DNA of 64,000 nucleotides, from assembly GCA_951406725.2 (NCBI GenBank), contig OX597827.1, positions 4,030,001 to 4,094,000 of the forward strand, written 5' to 3'. Below, one piece after another: positions 12,270-25,643 of this stretch. The notes under the pieces are model-generated. The model saw nothing but the letters and a program-made list of their open reading frames with translations, had not been told where the DNA came from and ran no database searches. The position numbers were made by a program, and so were the translations under genes. The DNA comes from Octopus vulgaris (taxonomy: Eukaryota). The stretch's first letter is position 1. The number at the start of each line of letters is the position of its first letter.

Positions 12270-12595
12270 AGATGAATAAATAAATGGAGTTGAACGAAGA
12301 TGTTAATAAAACTCCTTTACTTTCGACATATGTTTCGAAGACAACATGGTTTTATTCCAAAGGAATAAACGGTGTAAGACGCGATCTTCTCATCAGTAAA
12401 GAAAGAGAGCCTCTCTCAACAAGACATTATAACAATTACGATGACTGCTTACATGATAAACAGAACGTTATTAAGTATTTTAAAAAACCGTTAGTAGATT
12501 TGACGTGTTTCTGACGTGAATTTGCTACCCTGGTAACGGTTCATTGAATTTTCCATGTTAACGGTAAACATAGGATGATTCATTCACCCATCAAA
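12270..12595 (-). mobile_element. Penelope-like terminal repeat (same family as 41350-41915) nested in the internal (TA)n of a SINE
   Basis: Shares the aataaa.aaatggagtt terminus and gata.acagaacg.tatta with the 41350 copy. It splits the SINE at 11979-12770. Confidence 0.75.
12320..12401 (-). ncRNA. Type I hammerhead ribozyme
   Basis: Minus strand: CTTTa CTGATGA GAAGA...TCTTC GAAA CATATG TC GAAAG. Canonical core, palindromic helix III. Confidence 0.75.
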
Positions 12596-13120
12596 ATATA
12601 TATACGACAGGCTTCTTTCAGTTTCTGTCTACCAAATCCACTCACAAGGCTTTGGTCAGCCCGAGGCTATAGTAGAAGACACTTGCCCAAGGTGCCATGC
12701 AGTAGAACTGAACCCGGAACCATGTGGTTGGTAAGCAAGCTACTTACCACACAACCACCTCTGCACCTATTTAAAATTTTTCAGCTTTTGGACTGTGATT
12801 ATCATAGTTTTCCCAAACCAATTCTAGTTGCTGATGCATTCAGATATGTAACAAAATACTTATAATGTAACCTAGAAAAACTATTTCACATTTGTACTAA
12901 ATTAAGCTAATCTGTAGAATGGTTTCTATTTGCAAGACTTTCCAAAATATTTCTAGTTTAACACATAAACGGAGACATTCAATACTATCTGAGCTCATGT
13001 GTGTAAACGACACCTTTCTAATGTTGACCATAAATTACTGTTACTCTGGTACCAAATAAACAAACAAATATATAATGTTGATAATATTTACATATCTATG
13101 TATATTTATATTTATATATA

Positions 13121-14283
13121 TATTGGGACATCCCATAAATAATGCAGATTTTTTATACTTCTTTTATTTTTTAAATTAAGATAAATGAAGTTCTTTTTTA
13201 ATCTAAAATATACTTTCCATTTTCTGCAATGCTCTTCCATCTATCTGGTAGACTTGCAAGGCTTCTCTTCCAAAATTCACCTGTCTATGATGAAAAATAT
13301 TCCTTGTCTATAGAGTTCATATTTTTTCCATCCAAATGAGTGTGAAGATTGCAGAATAAAGGATAATCAGATGGGGCAATGTCTGGCGAATATGGTGGGA
13401 GGGGCATTGTTTCACATTCAAACTGCTCCAGCCTATAGAATGTCATCTTCATTGCATGTAGCGAAGCATTACCCTGATGGAAGAACACCTTTCATCTTCA
13501 AACCAAAGATGGTCGTTTTTCTTCAGGCACTGACTTAATCTGCTCAAACTGCTGACAGTAGATTTCCTTTGTTATCGTTTGGTTTGGCTTTAAAAGTTCA
13601 AAGTAGACTAAACCTTTCATATCCCATCAAACTGATAACAACATCTTTTGTGGGTGAAGATTTTCTCAAGCCGGGGTTGACAGAGTTTTTCCTTTCCCTA
13701 CCCACTATCTTTGGCACTTGACATTTTTATAGAGGACCCATTTCTTGTCACCAGTCACTCTTTGGTTAAAAAAAAAGGTTCATTCAAAGAAGAGCACAAA
13801 TTCAGTCTCAGTGCACAATTAGAATCAAAAAGTTTGTGAGGAACCCATTGACTCAATTTGCTGACTTTTACGATGGCACACAGGTGTAGATGAATGGTTG
13901 AATGAGTAAATCCAAGATTCTCTGCTTGGTCCTCAACAGTTACAATAAGATTTTGTTCCACCAGGGTTTGCAGAATGTCCTCATTGAGCTCTACAGATCT
14001 TCCAGGATAAGGTTCATCTTCTAGGCTGTAGTTTCTGGCTCGGAATTTTTGGAACCACCATTGACACTGGCTTATGCTTAATGTCCGATCCCAATATACT
14101 GCATTAATATTCCTCACGTTTTCCATTGCATTGTTGCCTTTATTGAAATCATGAAGCAAAATATGCTGAATATGCTTATTTGTTACTTCTATTATAGCTT
14201 TGAGAAAAAATGACTGTTAAAATAGAACTGCACTCTTCAAAGCTTGCACTAAGAATAAGGACAAGGTAAAATTACTACTGCTG
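13121..14283 (-). mobile_element. Mariner transposon fossil (transposase pseudogene about 13170-14190)
   Basis: HTH N-terminus (QWWFQKF..SLEDEP..GR), WVPH.L, TGDKKW and PPYSPDIAPSDY motifs. TIR tattgggacatcccataaataatg. Frameshifts and stops. Confidence 0.93.
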
Positions 14284-14472
14284 CGGTAAAGAAAAGTTCC
14301 ATCAGTTCGTTTTGAATTAAAGGAAAGTTTACCTTCACACAGCTTCTATATGAACCAACCACGATATTTGATTTTATGTAAGTGCTGCTGATACTATTAT
14401 TGTTATTACTGTCATTGTCTTCCAAATAACTTGAGTATAAGGAGCATTTTTCCTCTACTAATTGTTCACTAT

Positions 14473-14788
14473 GTGGAGGTGCAATGGCTCAGTGGTTAGG
14501 GCAGCGGACTCGGGGTCAGAGGATCGTGGTTTCAATTCCCAGACTGGGCGCTGTGTGTGTTTATTGAGCGAAAACACCTAAAAGCTCTACGAGGCTTCGG
14601 CAGGGGTTGGTAGTGACCCCTGTTGTACTTTTTTGCCACAACATTCTCTCACTCTCTCTCTTCCTGTTTCTTGAGTAATGCTGTGATGGACTGGTGTCCC
14701 GTCCAGCTGTGGGGAACACATACGCCACAGAAACCGGGAAACTGGACCCATGAGCCTGGCTAGGCTTGAAAAGGACGACTTTTATCGT
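14473..14788 (+). mobile_element. tRNA-derived SINE family 3 with V-domain-like 3' part and 14-bp TSD
   Basis: Head tggctcagtggttagggcagcggac..ggtttcaattccc. TSD taattgttcactat at 14459-14472 and 14789-14802. Confidence 0.9.
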
Positions 14789-15013
14789 TAATTGTTCACT
14801 ATAATGTTTGTTGTTTTCTTATTATACATTCAGTTGTATGTTTTGCTTCTGTATTATTTTTTAACTGTCGTAGTGTTTTGTTGTGTAGCATAATTATGTG
14901 TAGTAACCATTTTAGATATGAAAATGTAAAGTGTGTGAACCAAATTTTTTAATTTCGTTTTTGGATTTGGTTTGCAAGATTCTTTATATGAGTTCGTGTG
15001 TTGAAGCATATTC

Positions 15014-15193
15014 TGTTGTGCCTGGGGAGAGTCATTTTCTTTTTGTGCCTTACTATGTAACACACTATTGAAAAGGTTGCAAGACACAACGAAAATTTTA
15101 GGAGAATAAAAATATGAAATAAGTGGAAATTTTACCGGTGAGTATGTTCCATTGTAAGGCGCAAAAAGAAAATGACTCTCCCCAGACACAACA
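15014..15193. mobile_element. MITE or hairpin with about 53-bp inverted arms
   Basis: tgttgtgcctggggagagtcattttctttttgtgccttac..cacact versus agtatg..aaggcgcaaaaagaaaatgactctccccagacacaaca. Confidence 0.75.
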
Positions 15194-15409
15194 AATTTTT
15201 TAAATTTGTGAAAAAAGACTGATTTTTTTTCTAGTCTGTTGTCTATCCTTGGGAATGAAAGACAGCCTCTCCTTAGACAATTGTAGGTTTTTTAAAATAT
15301 TCCAAAGAAAATTATATTTGGTAATGCTTGAATCAATGTGCTTTGAAGGGAGAAGCAAAAAACAATGTTTTCACACTCGAAGAGACAAATTTATTGTTTT
15401 GTTGTCGTA

Positions 15410-15457
15410 AGTAGTAGTGGTAGTAGTAGTAGTAGCAGCAGCAGCAGCAGCAGTAGC

Positions 15458-15494
<37 letters not shown>

Positions 15495-15505
15495 ATAGCA
15501 GTAGG

Positions 15506-15569
<64 letters not shown>
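15410..15569. repeat. Compound (TAG)n/(CAG)n microsatellite; similar tract at 45047-45136
   Basis: Direct inspection. Confidence 0.97.
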
Positions 15570-15627
15570 ATTCAACATTAATACATTCCTTAAATGCATG
15601 TGTAGGCATGTGAATGTATGTGTGTCA

Positions 15628-15658
<31 letters not shown>

Positions 15659-16037
15659 TGCAAGAGAGAGGACTGCCACATGTACTTTTGTGTAATTCCA
15701 TTTATAATTTCTCATCAATTTTATTTTGTCCATTATTATATTATATTGTAATGTTTCATAATGTAATGTTTTTTACTGGTGCCCTCAAGGAAATGAAAAT
15801 AAATCATTTAATAATATTTTATTGTTATATAAAAAAAATACATACGCACACATATATATACACAGATGTAAGTAGATAGATATAAATATGTGTATATACA
15901 TACAAACATACATACATACACACCTATATATATATATATATATGTTTATATATGTATATGTATATCTATATATATATACATACATATATATATACATATA
16001 TATATATATATACATATATATATACATATATATATAC

Positions 16038-16156
<119 letters not shown>

Positions 16157-16974
16157 GTGCTTGCTTTAAACCCAATGAATATTTGTTTTCTTGTCTATTA
16201 CTGTATTTTATCGTAAAATCTATTATGTTCTGTTGTAGACAGAAATTGTATAAAAGCCCAGCAGACGGATTGTACCTGTAAATTGAAGGTCCAACACTTC
16301 TTACATGGTATCGTACCGATTTTGTTCGAAAATTACATTAAGGATACACATGTCTATGGAATACTCAACCACTTATACACTTATTCAATAATCCTGGTAG
16401 TTCAGTCAATTTAACAGATAAACTCTTATGGTTGTAAGTTCTTTCTAAAATCCATATATATAGCAGCATGTATATACATACTCTTTTACTCTTTTACTTG
16501 TTTCAGTCATTTGACTGCGGCCATGCTGGAGCACTGCCTTTAGTCGAGCAAATTGACTCCGGGACTTATTCTTTGTAAGCCCAGTACTTATTCTATCGGT
16601 CTCTTTTGCCGAACCGCTAAGTGACGGGGACGTAAACACACCAGCAATGCTAGGGGGACAAACACAGACACACAAACACATACACACACATACATATATA
16701 CGACAGGCTTCTTTCAGTTTCCATCTACCAAATCCACTCACAAGGCATTGGTCGGCCCGGGGCTATAGCAGAAGACACTTGCCCAAGATGCCATGCAGTA
16801 GGACTGAACCAGGAACCATGTGGTTGGTTAGCAAGCTACTTACCACACAGCCACTCCTGCGTATGTCTGTGTGTGTGTGTATGTGTGTGTGTGTATAAAT
16901 ATATTTATGCATACATTTATGTAAACACACGTTCATATGTGTGTGTGTATATCAATAGAGAGACAGAGGAGACA

Positions 16975-17162
16975 GACAGGCACTCTGTCAGTTATGATGA
17001 TGAGGGTTCCCGTTGATCCAATCAGCGTAACACCCTGCTCATGAAATTAACGTCCATGTGGCTGAGCACAACACAGACACATGCATCCTTAATGTAGTCC
17101 TCAGGAAGATTCAGTGTGACATAGACGACGGTGACATGGCTGGCCCTTTGAAATACAGGTAC
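16975..17162 (-). mobile_element. Old SINE-like 3' fragment; diverged plus-strand copies near 16270-16440 and 27060-27160
   Basis: Shared gtacctgta..gaa..tacattaagg..cacatgtct..ctca(g/a)ccac core. Confidence 0.5.
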
Positions 17163-17195
17163 TGTATACTCTCTCTATATATATATATATGTATG

Positions 17196-17291
<96 letters not shown>

Positions 17292-17950
17292 GGGAGAGAA
17301 AGACAAATCGTTAGATTGATAGATTATCATCACCATAGGTCATAGGTGGAAACTAAAAGAAGCCTATCATATATATATATATATATTTGTACAGGTGGTG
17401 CTATTAAGTTAGACATGGCCTGGGCCAATAATGGCCGAAACCTATCAAAGTATCAAAGTATCGAAGTATATCTATATATGTGTGTGTGGGTGTGGGTGTG
17501 TGGGTGTGCATACACACATACACACACATGTGCCTGTTAAGGCCTGAGCTCTATCAGGCCCAAAACATAGTATGGGTCATGACAGGGCCCTTAATACAAC
17601 TGTAGAAAGAGGAAACTCAAATTACCAGATCAGTACTTTTAAATGTGTGTGTGTGTGGGGGGGTATGCCACTCTGCCAATTAACAATATTTTACCATTTT
17701 TCCGGTTAAAATAAAATAGTAGAATTTGAAGAAACTAACAATGACCTATGATAGCAACTAGAAAGTACAAACATCTGTAATTAAGTGGAGCAAATCCTTC
17801 ATCAATAAGTTATTCTGATTTGCATAATATTTGGTACTTCTTCAAATAAATGTTATATTTTTTCCTTTATTTTACTCATCAGCTGGTTGTTTAATACCAT
17901 AAGTGAATCACTGACATTTATGGTATTTTAATTTTCTTTAATTATCTTTA

Positions 17951-18183
17951 ATAATCCTTTAGCATTTAAACCGACCATATTTAAACCTGCCCAAATAATC
18001 CACCTGTTTTATGTTGAAATTGGCCGAATCTGGCCCCTCACTCCTACCCTACAATGTCATTCTAAAAATTATCTACTCTGTCATCAGAACCTTGAAGCTA
18101 CAAGATAATGCACGATTAATGCAAATCAACATGAATGAATCAGTATCACATTTAACAGAATAAATTGAATGCTAAAGGGTTAA
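17951..18183. mobile_element. piggyBac-type MITE
   Basis: (c)cctttagcatt...aatgctaaaggg TIRs with a TTAA flank; homologous to the 40344 and 55249 copies. Confidence 0.8.
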
Positions 18184-18299
18184 TGCAAGATTAGCCCTTA
18201 CTATGCAGATTTATGATTTAAAGGTATTCCAGCCATGATAATCGGTCTCTTTTTTTGTAGAAATAAATTGTGTCTCTTATTTTTCTTTCCTCTCATTTC

Positions 18300-18732
18300 A
18301 GCTTGGTTCTTGGTCTCAAGCATTTGTCTTATGAAGAAAGGCTGAAGACGCTCTTGAAAAACGACGCCGCCATGGTGATCTCATTCTTGCTCACAACATC
18401 ATAAGCGGAAAGTGTAACCTCTCGAAAGACCTGTTCTTCACTCCTGCTCCGGAGCGTGGGCTGCGGGGTCACTCCGAAAAGCTCTGTCTACGACGATTTC
18501 ATCTCAATCGAAGGAGAGGGGCTTTCTCCGTCCGGGTTGCAGATCCATGGAATAAGCTGCCGGATGAGATAGTGAAGATGCCGACGACTGCTCGGTTCAA
18601 AGTCTCTCTTGACCAGAAATGGCCTGAACTCTTTGTATGACCACCCTCCCTGTACATAACTCCCTGTCCCCCTACATGGCCTTGCTTTTACTTTTTGAGC
18701 CAATAAAAATTGAATTGAATTGCATTGAATTG
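18300..18732 (+). mobile_element. CR1-clade LINE 3' end
   Basis: YEERLK..LEKRRRHGDLI..RGHSEKL..FSVRVADPWNKLP..FKVSLD. AATAAA followed by an (ATTGA)n tail. Confidence 0.88.
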
Positions 18733-18909
18733 AGCTTAGAGCTGCGGCCATGCTGATGCACCAACGGTATTTTTTTAAGGATTTTTGAAGAGAATAAGAT
18801 GAAAATTAATGTAATTTGGCTTCTGTTTTTAGCAAATTCACTGACTACATAAAGCTATGTAAGTTCTTTCATTGGTCAGTTTTTATGTATTATTTCTTTG
18901 TATACTCAC

Positions 18910-19027
18910 CAGGTAATGTTTCGTAGTGTTCAGCAGTTAATTCATTCCAAGTGTGATCAGATGACAGTAATATGTGCTGTTCTTCTTTGCCTAAGCTTGA
19001 AGCTAATGCAGCCTCTTGGATGCACAT
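18910..19027 (-). CDS. Probable internal coding exon of the same host gene (MCIQEAALASSLGKEEQHILLSSDHTWNELTAEHYETLP)
   Basis: Minus strand reads ttttttgatatcttaattcttacAG | 118 nt | GTGAGT. One frame is open and the other two stop. Protein not recognised. Confidence 0.7.
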
Positions 19028-19234
19028 CTGTAAGAATTAAGATATCAAAAAAAAAAAAGGGAAAAGAAAAAAAAAAGCAAGAGCTTAATAATGCTATGAT
19101 ACTGATAAGGTAAGATGAATAACGTAGATATAGAGTGGGTGTATATGCAGAAGGACCTTCCTATAAGAATAAAAAAAGTCAAAAAACATAGTGAATGTAT
19201 CAGTAACTATTGTGCAGGGAAGTGTTGTATTTAA

Positions 19235-19285
<51 letters not shown>

Positions 19286-19696
19286 AAAAATTGACAAAAT
19301 ACAAAACAGAGAGAAAAAACATGAACAATACAAAACTGAAAAATAAGGAGAAAAAAATGAATTAAAAATAAGTGATTCAAAAGCATAATAAAAAAAGAAA
19401 ACAATTACCAAAAAAAATTATACATAAGAAATGAAATAAAAACATGTAGCTGAAGCGGGTGAGTAGGAGGGGTTATAGGTTGAGATTTAGCTGAATTGGA
19501 AATAAATCACTGGTTATCTGATGAAAAGGCTTAGTCACCATTTGGATTGTCTAACCTTGGCTAGATTAACAGTTTATTGAGAATTCAATGTAACTGTCCC
19601 TTTTTGTTCAAGGTTTCCCACCCCCCATATGATCAGCAGATAGAAAATAAACGAGCCTGCATGCATATTACATGCATATATATATATACATATATT

Positions 19697-19780
<84 letters not shown>

Positions 19781-19804
19781 TGCACACACACACACACACA
19801 TATA

Positions 19805-19862
<58 letters not shown>

Positions 19863-19864
19863 TG

Positions 19865-19908
<44 letters not shown>

Positions 19909-19912
19909 TATA

Positions 19913-19947
<35 letters not shown>

Positions 19948-20008
19948 GTATAAGTATGTTTGTTCATGCATGTTTGTTATGCATGCAATATATTCATTAC
20001 ATATATTT

Positions 20009-20051
<43 letters not shown>

Positions 20052-20411
20052 CACACATACACATTTATGCTTTTATATATGTTGATTGCAGTACAGATTC
20101 ACCACAGCTATACTTTGAATATTATGTACAGCTAGCCAACATTAAGATATCAGATTCTATTTCAGGTTACAATATATACATAGATTAGATCCAACACATA
20201 TCGAATATAAAGGTATACTTATATGATATATTTTAGCACAATAAAACATGAACAAAATCAATATATTCATGATATCATATACACATGATATGTGCATGTA
20301 TACACACACATATATATATATATATGTATATGTATATATATATATACATTCGTATCTAAATATGTATATATGCATATATATATACATGCATGCATACATA
20401 CGTATATAGAT

Positions 20412-20443
<32 letters not shown>

Positions 20444-20754
20444 ATATATATATATATATACTCACACATTCTCTCTAGTACTCTGCTGCCAGAGCATTTT
20501 CATCAATAATACATACGCACATACACACATTTATACATATACACATACACATGTCTACATACACACACACGTGCGCACAGACACACACATGCATGCACGC
20601 ACACACGCACAGACACACAAATGCATAACCTTGCCAAAATAGACACTGGTGCATGATGCTGTCCTATTGGATTCCTTTCAAACCATCCGACCCATGCCAG
20701 CATGAAACACAGACATTAAATGATGATGATGGTGATGATGATGATGATGATGAG

Positions 20755-20796
<42 letters not shown>

Positions 20797-20798
<2 letters not shown>

Positions 20799-21025
20799 CG
20801 GAGTAAACACATAAATGTGAAACAAGGTGGAAAAAAGAGTACTCAAATACCAGTGGTAGAGTAATATGCTTTATTTAAAGCAGCAGAAAATTCAACAAAA
20901 CCTGTTACTCTGAGTTTCCCGTTGCCGTTCATTGGACAGTTTTTGCTAGAAAAACTGTCCGATGAACAGCAACGGGAAACTCAGAGTAACAGGTTTTGTT
21001 GAATTTTCTGCTGCTTTAAATAAAG
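20797..21025. mobile_element. Family A mini-element: near-perfect palindrome carrying two divergent hammerhead motifs (20902-20939 minus, 20955-20992 plus)
   Basis: About 75-bp arms from 20869 to 21025 centred on gctag. A tail ending ccgg is present on one side only. (TA)n flanks. Confidence 0.85.
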
Positions 21026-21028
21026 TAC

Positions 21029-21073
<45 letters not shown>

Positions 21074-22074
21074 AAAAGAGGGTGCATGGCCAAATAGTTA
21101 GGGCATTGCGTTCATAAACATAAGATCATGATTTCAATTCCTGGCCCGTGTAGTGACGTATTCTTGAGGCAAATCCCTTCACACATTGCTCTACAATCAC
21201 TTCGACACCCGATGTATGGTACAACTTACAGCTGTTCAGACAATAAATTTGATGGAGGGAGTGAGCCTACGTATAGCACATACATTTGATCACTATAAAC
21301 AAATCATTTCTGCAGGTCGTTCAGCAAAATCCGAACACTCGTGCATCATCTTCAATGGGAGTTTCCATCTTATATCATCATAATCATCATCATCGTTTAA
21401 CGTCTGCTTTCCATGCTAGCATGGGTTGGACGGTTCAACTGGGGTCTGGGAAGCCAGAAGGCTGCACCAGGCCAGTCAGATCCTGCAGTGTTTCTACAGC
21501 TGGATGCCCTTCCTAACGCCAACTACTTCGTGAGTGTAGTGGGTGCTTTTTATGTGCCACCGACACAGGTGCCTGACGAGGCTGGTGAACGGCCACACTC
21601 TTTTACTCTTTTACTCTTTTACTTGTTTCAGTCAGTTGACTGCAGCCATGCTGGAGCACCACCTTTAATCGAGCAACTCGACCCCGGGACTTATTCTTTT
21701 GTAAGCCGAGTACTTATTCTATCGGTCTCTTTTGCCGAACCACTAAGTAACGGGGACATAAACACACCAGCATCGGTTGTCAAGCAATGCTAGGGGGACA
21801 AACACAGACACACAAACACACACATGCATATATATATATATATATATACGACGGGCTTCTTTCAGTTTCCATCTGCCAAATCCACTCTCAAGGCTTTGGT
21901 CGGCCCGAGGCTATAGTAGAAGACACTTGCCCAATGTGCCATGCAGTGGGACTGAACCCGGAACCATGTGGTTGGTAAACAAGCTACTTACCACACAGCC
22001 ACTCCTGCGCCTGTATATATATATATACAAACACATTAATATATCGTCATCATCATATATTTATATTCATACTT

Positions 22075-22278
22075 ATATAGTTCAAATTTACAGAAACAGT
22101 TATAGGAACAGGTATAGGAACAATAAGCAAGTGTATTAGTTTAATACTCAGGAAAAATGGATATGTCTTTTACATTTCGAGCCTATGCTCCTTTACAGAA
22201 AGGATTAAGAGGGACAAAATGGAGAAAGAATGAAAAAAAATAGAGAGAAAAGACGTGCAGAGTTCAATGGTCCAATGT
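22075..22278 (-). mobile_element. Family B Penelope-like terminal repeat
   Basis: Minus strand: CTTT CTGTAAAG GAGC atag GCTC GAAA TG TA AAAG. Confidence 0.6.
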
Positions 22279-22289
22279 GGTGAGATGAC

Positions 22290-22453
22290 TGGAAATATAT
22301 TTATTCATTAATATTTAGCAGAAGCAACAGAGTGACTCAAGGGCTGAGAGTTTCATGCATTGGCACTTATCAAAGTTTAATAAGTGCCAACATACAAAAT
22401 TCTAAATATTAATAGAAATATACATGCACTCATATTTTGAGTACTATATTTCC

Positions 22454-22460
<7 letters not shown>
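22290..22460. mobile_element. Degenerate inverted Penelope-like remnant (family C)
   Basis: Minus strand: TTGATAA GTGC caat GCAT GAAA CTC..GAG TC. A partial inverted copy follows, ending in (TA)n. Confidence 0.4.
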
Positions 22461-22489
<29 letters not shown>

Positions 22490-23466
22490 CATATGAGAGG
22501 GCTGACCATTAAGTGGACGTGGTCATCTGGTCATCCCTCTCATATGTATGTAATATAATTTTTCTGAATCTTCAGATTTTTACAATATGCTAGGCCACTG
22601 GTTTAAATTGATATTAATCAAATTAATATTCAAGTTTTTACCGTTATTATTTAATATGTATATATATATATATATAGACAAATATCTTATGGTTATAGAC
22701 TTAGTTACATAAGAACCTTGCTTTGAAGCCTTGTAGCTTTGCACAATCTCTTGGACAATTATTTTCTACAATAGCTGTGGGCTGACCAATATTATCTGAG
22801 TGAATTTGGTAGACAGAAATTTTACAGAAGCCCATTGCGTATGTATGTGTGTGAGTTTATTTGTTTATTTCTGCTTTACAAAAGGTGTTAATTTCTTGAT
22901 AGCCCCATAATGTAGTGATGTTGCAAATGGAAGCTGTTAGAATAAATACCAGACTGGAAAATAAGTACTGGATTTATTTGAATGAATAAAGCCTTTGAGG
23001 TAGAACTCAAGCATTACCACAGTCTAGTGACTGATACCATTAAAAGAATAAAAGAGTATTATATGTATATAAATATGTGTGTCTGTATGTATGTATGCAT
23101 GTATATATTTATATACGTGTTATGTATATATGTGTATGTATATATATGTGTGTGTGTGTTTGTACATATGACAAGCATGCATACACATATTTGTGTGTGT
23201 ATGCATATGTAGATACACACATGCACACACACATATATTCATATATATATAAGTGTGTATAATGTTTTTACTGCAAAACTTAGTTTGGAGATCAACTTTA
23301 CTGCTTCACAAACTCTCTGAAGCTATAAATGAGCTATATATAAATATATATACATAAACTGTGTGTGTATGTGTGTGTGTGTGTGTGTTGGTGTTGCATT
23401 GTTTGCATGAATAGTTACACATACATTAATAAACATGCATATGTGTGTGTTTTTATATGCATATGA

Positions 23467-23514
<48 letters not shown>

Positions 23515-23546
23515 TTGTAGACACACACATACACTCTCACACATAG

Positions 23547-23585
<39 letters not shown>

Positions 23586-23881
23586 CACACATTCAATTGT
23601 TGGAATGAGCGCCACTAATAGATCACATGTTTAAGGGATTGGTTATCACATGACGAGACATTCATAAATATTTGGTGGATCAATGACCATATGCATGATA
23701 AAGCAAGCAGTAACCTTATATCTGTGTTATCATGCACGAATATGTGTAAGTCTGGTGATGTAAACAGCTGCAGATGAGAACCTACAGATGCATCCACTCA
23801 CTTTCTCTTATACGTATCAAACATATCAGATACACACACACACACAAATATGTATCAAATATATCAGATACACATACACAC

Positions 23882-23932
<51 letters not shown>

Positions 23933-23947
23933 GGAGTAAACACATAA

Positions 23948-23996
<49 letters not shown>

Positions 23997-24011
23997 GGAG
24001 TAAACACATAA

Positions 24012-24046
<35 letters not shown>

Positions 24047-24452
24047 TGTATGTATGTATTTGTATGTCTATGCATATACGCGTATGTGTGTGCAGACATA
24101 CATGTACTCGTATACATACATTTTATAGATATACTGATAGATGTAGATAACTATGCATCATAGCAATACAGGAGTTGGAAAGAATAGAGAATTCTCAATG
24201 GTATAAAATTTTAAGGGCAACAACGCCTACTACTGCAGCCTATAATACCACCATACTACCACCCATACTGTCGTACTGCCACCACAGCCTCCTCCTCCCT
24301 CCTCCCCCACCATAAAAATACTTAGAATGCTATCAAGGATGAATTTTCTATATAAAACAAGGGCAATGGATGAAGGACATTACAGAGTTGAATCACAAAA
24401 GACCATGTAATTCTACATACACACATGTATGTGTATATATATACATATTTAC

Positions 24453-24500
<48 letters not shown>

Positions 24501-24578
24501 ACAATATAATAAATAAATAAAATATATGCATATATACATACATATATGTACATACTTACATCTATATGTATATATACA

Positions 24579-24622
<44 letters not shown>

Positions 24623-24788
24623 TACAGGACACCACAAATAAACGTAGAACACAACGAGAAATGAAAACATAAAATCAAACAAGGAAACAGACTTTTTTTT
24701 AACAATGAAAAATCAGAGTACAGGACAAACAATACAAGGAAAATTCCCCTTCATCAGCTGCCCCTGGTTCGACTCAAAGTGTGTTATA

Positions 24789-24819
<31 letters not shown>

Positions 24820-25101
24820 GCACGCGCACACACACACATATATTATCTTGTATCTGTTTCAGTTTTTAAGCAGCGGCCATGCTGGGGCACTGCCTTAAAG
24901 AATTTTAGTCAAATAAATAGATCCCAGTCTATGTACTTATTTTTAACCTATACTTATTCTATTGGCTCCTTTTTGCCAAACTGCTAAGTTGTGGGAACAC
25001 AAACAAACCAACATTGATTGTTAAGTGGCAGTGAAAGACAAACACAGACAGAAAGAGAGAGAGACAGACACACACTCTCACACACACACACACCCTCGTA
25101 C

Positions 25102-25154
<53 letters not shown>

Positions 25155-25607
25155 ACAGGCTTCTTTCAGTTCCCATTTATCAAATCCACCCACAAGGCTT
25201 TGGTCAGCCCAAGGCTTGAGTGGGACTGAACCTGGAGGCTGCATCTTATCCCAATGTTCCACAGAGAGATGATGAAGAAACATACAGAAAACAAGAAAAC
25301 CTCACAATGGGCGTGGATGTGTTCTTCCCTCATCAGTTATCAAACAAAATTCCTCACAATTATGATGCCTTACTTACACACACACACACACACACACGTT
25401 CATATGTATGTATATACACACACACACACACACACATATATACTTATCCACTCAGCCATGGCTGTACGATAAGATGCTTGCATCCCAACCACATGGTTCT
25501 GGGTTCAGCCTCAGTGCGTGGCACCTCGGGCATGTGTCATCTACTATAGCCTTGAGCTGACCAAAGCATTGTGAGTGAATTTGGTAAATGGAAACAGAAA
25601 GAGGATC

Positions 25608-25643
<36 letters not shown>

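Noticed and set aside
14473-14548. tRNA gene
   Set aside because: It is the tRNA-like head of a multi-copy SINE with TSDs, not a standalone cloverleaf.
24620-24778. CTGATGA on the minus strand in a (TA)n-flanked repeat (related piece near 33420-33540)
   Set aside because: No correctly placed GAAA, helix III or UH; not called as a ribozyme.
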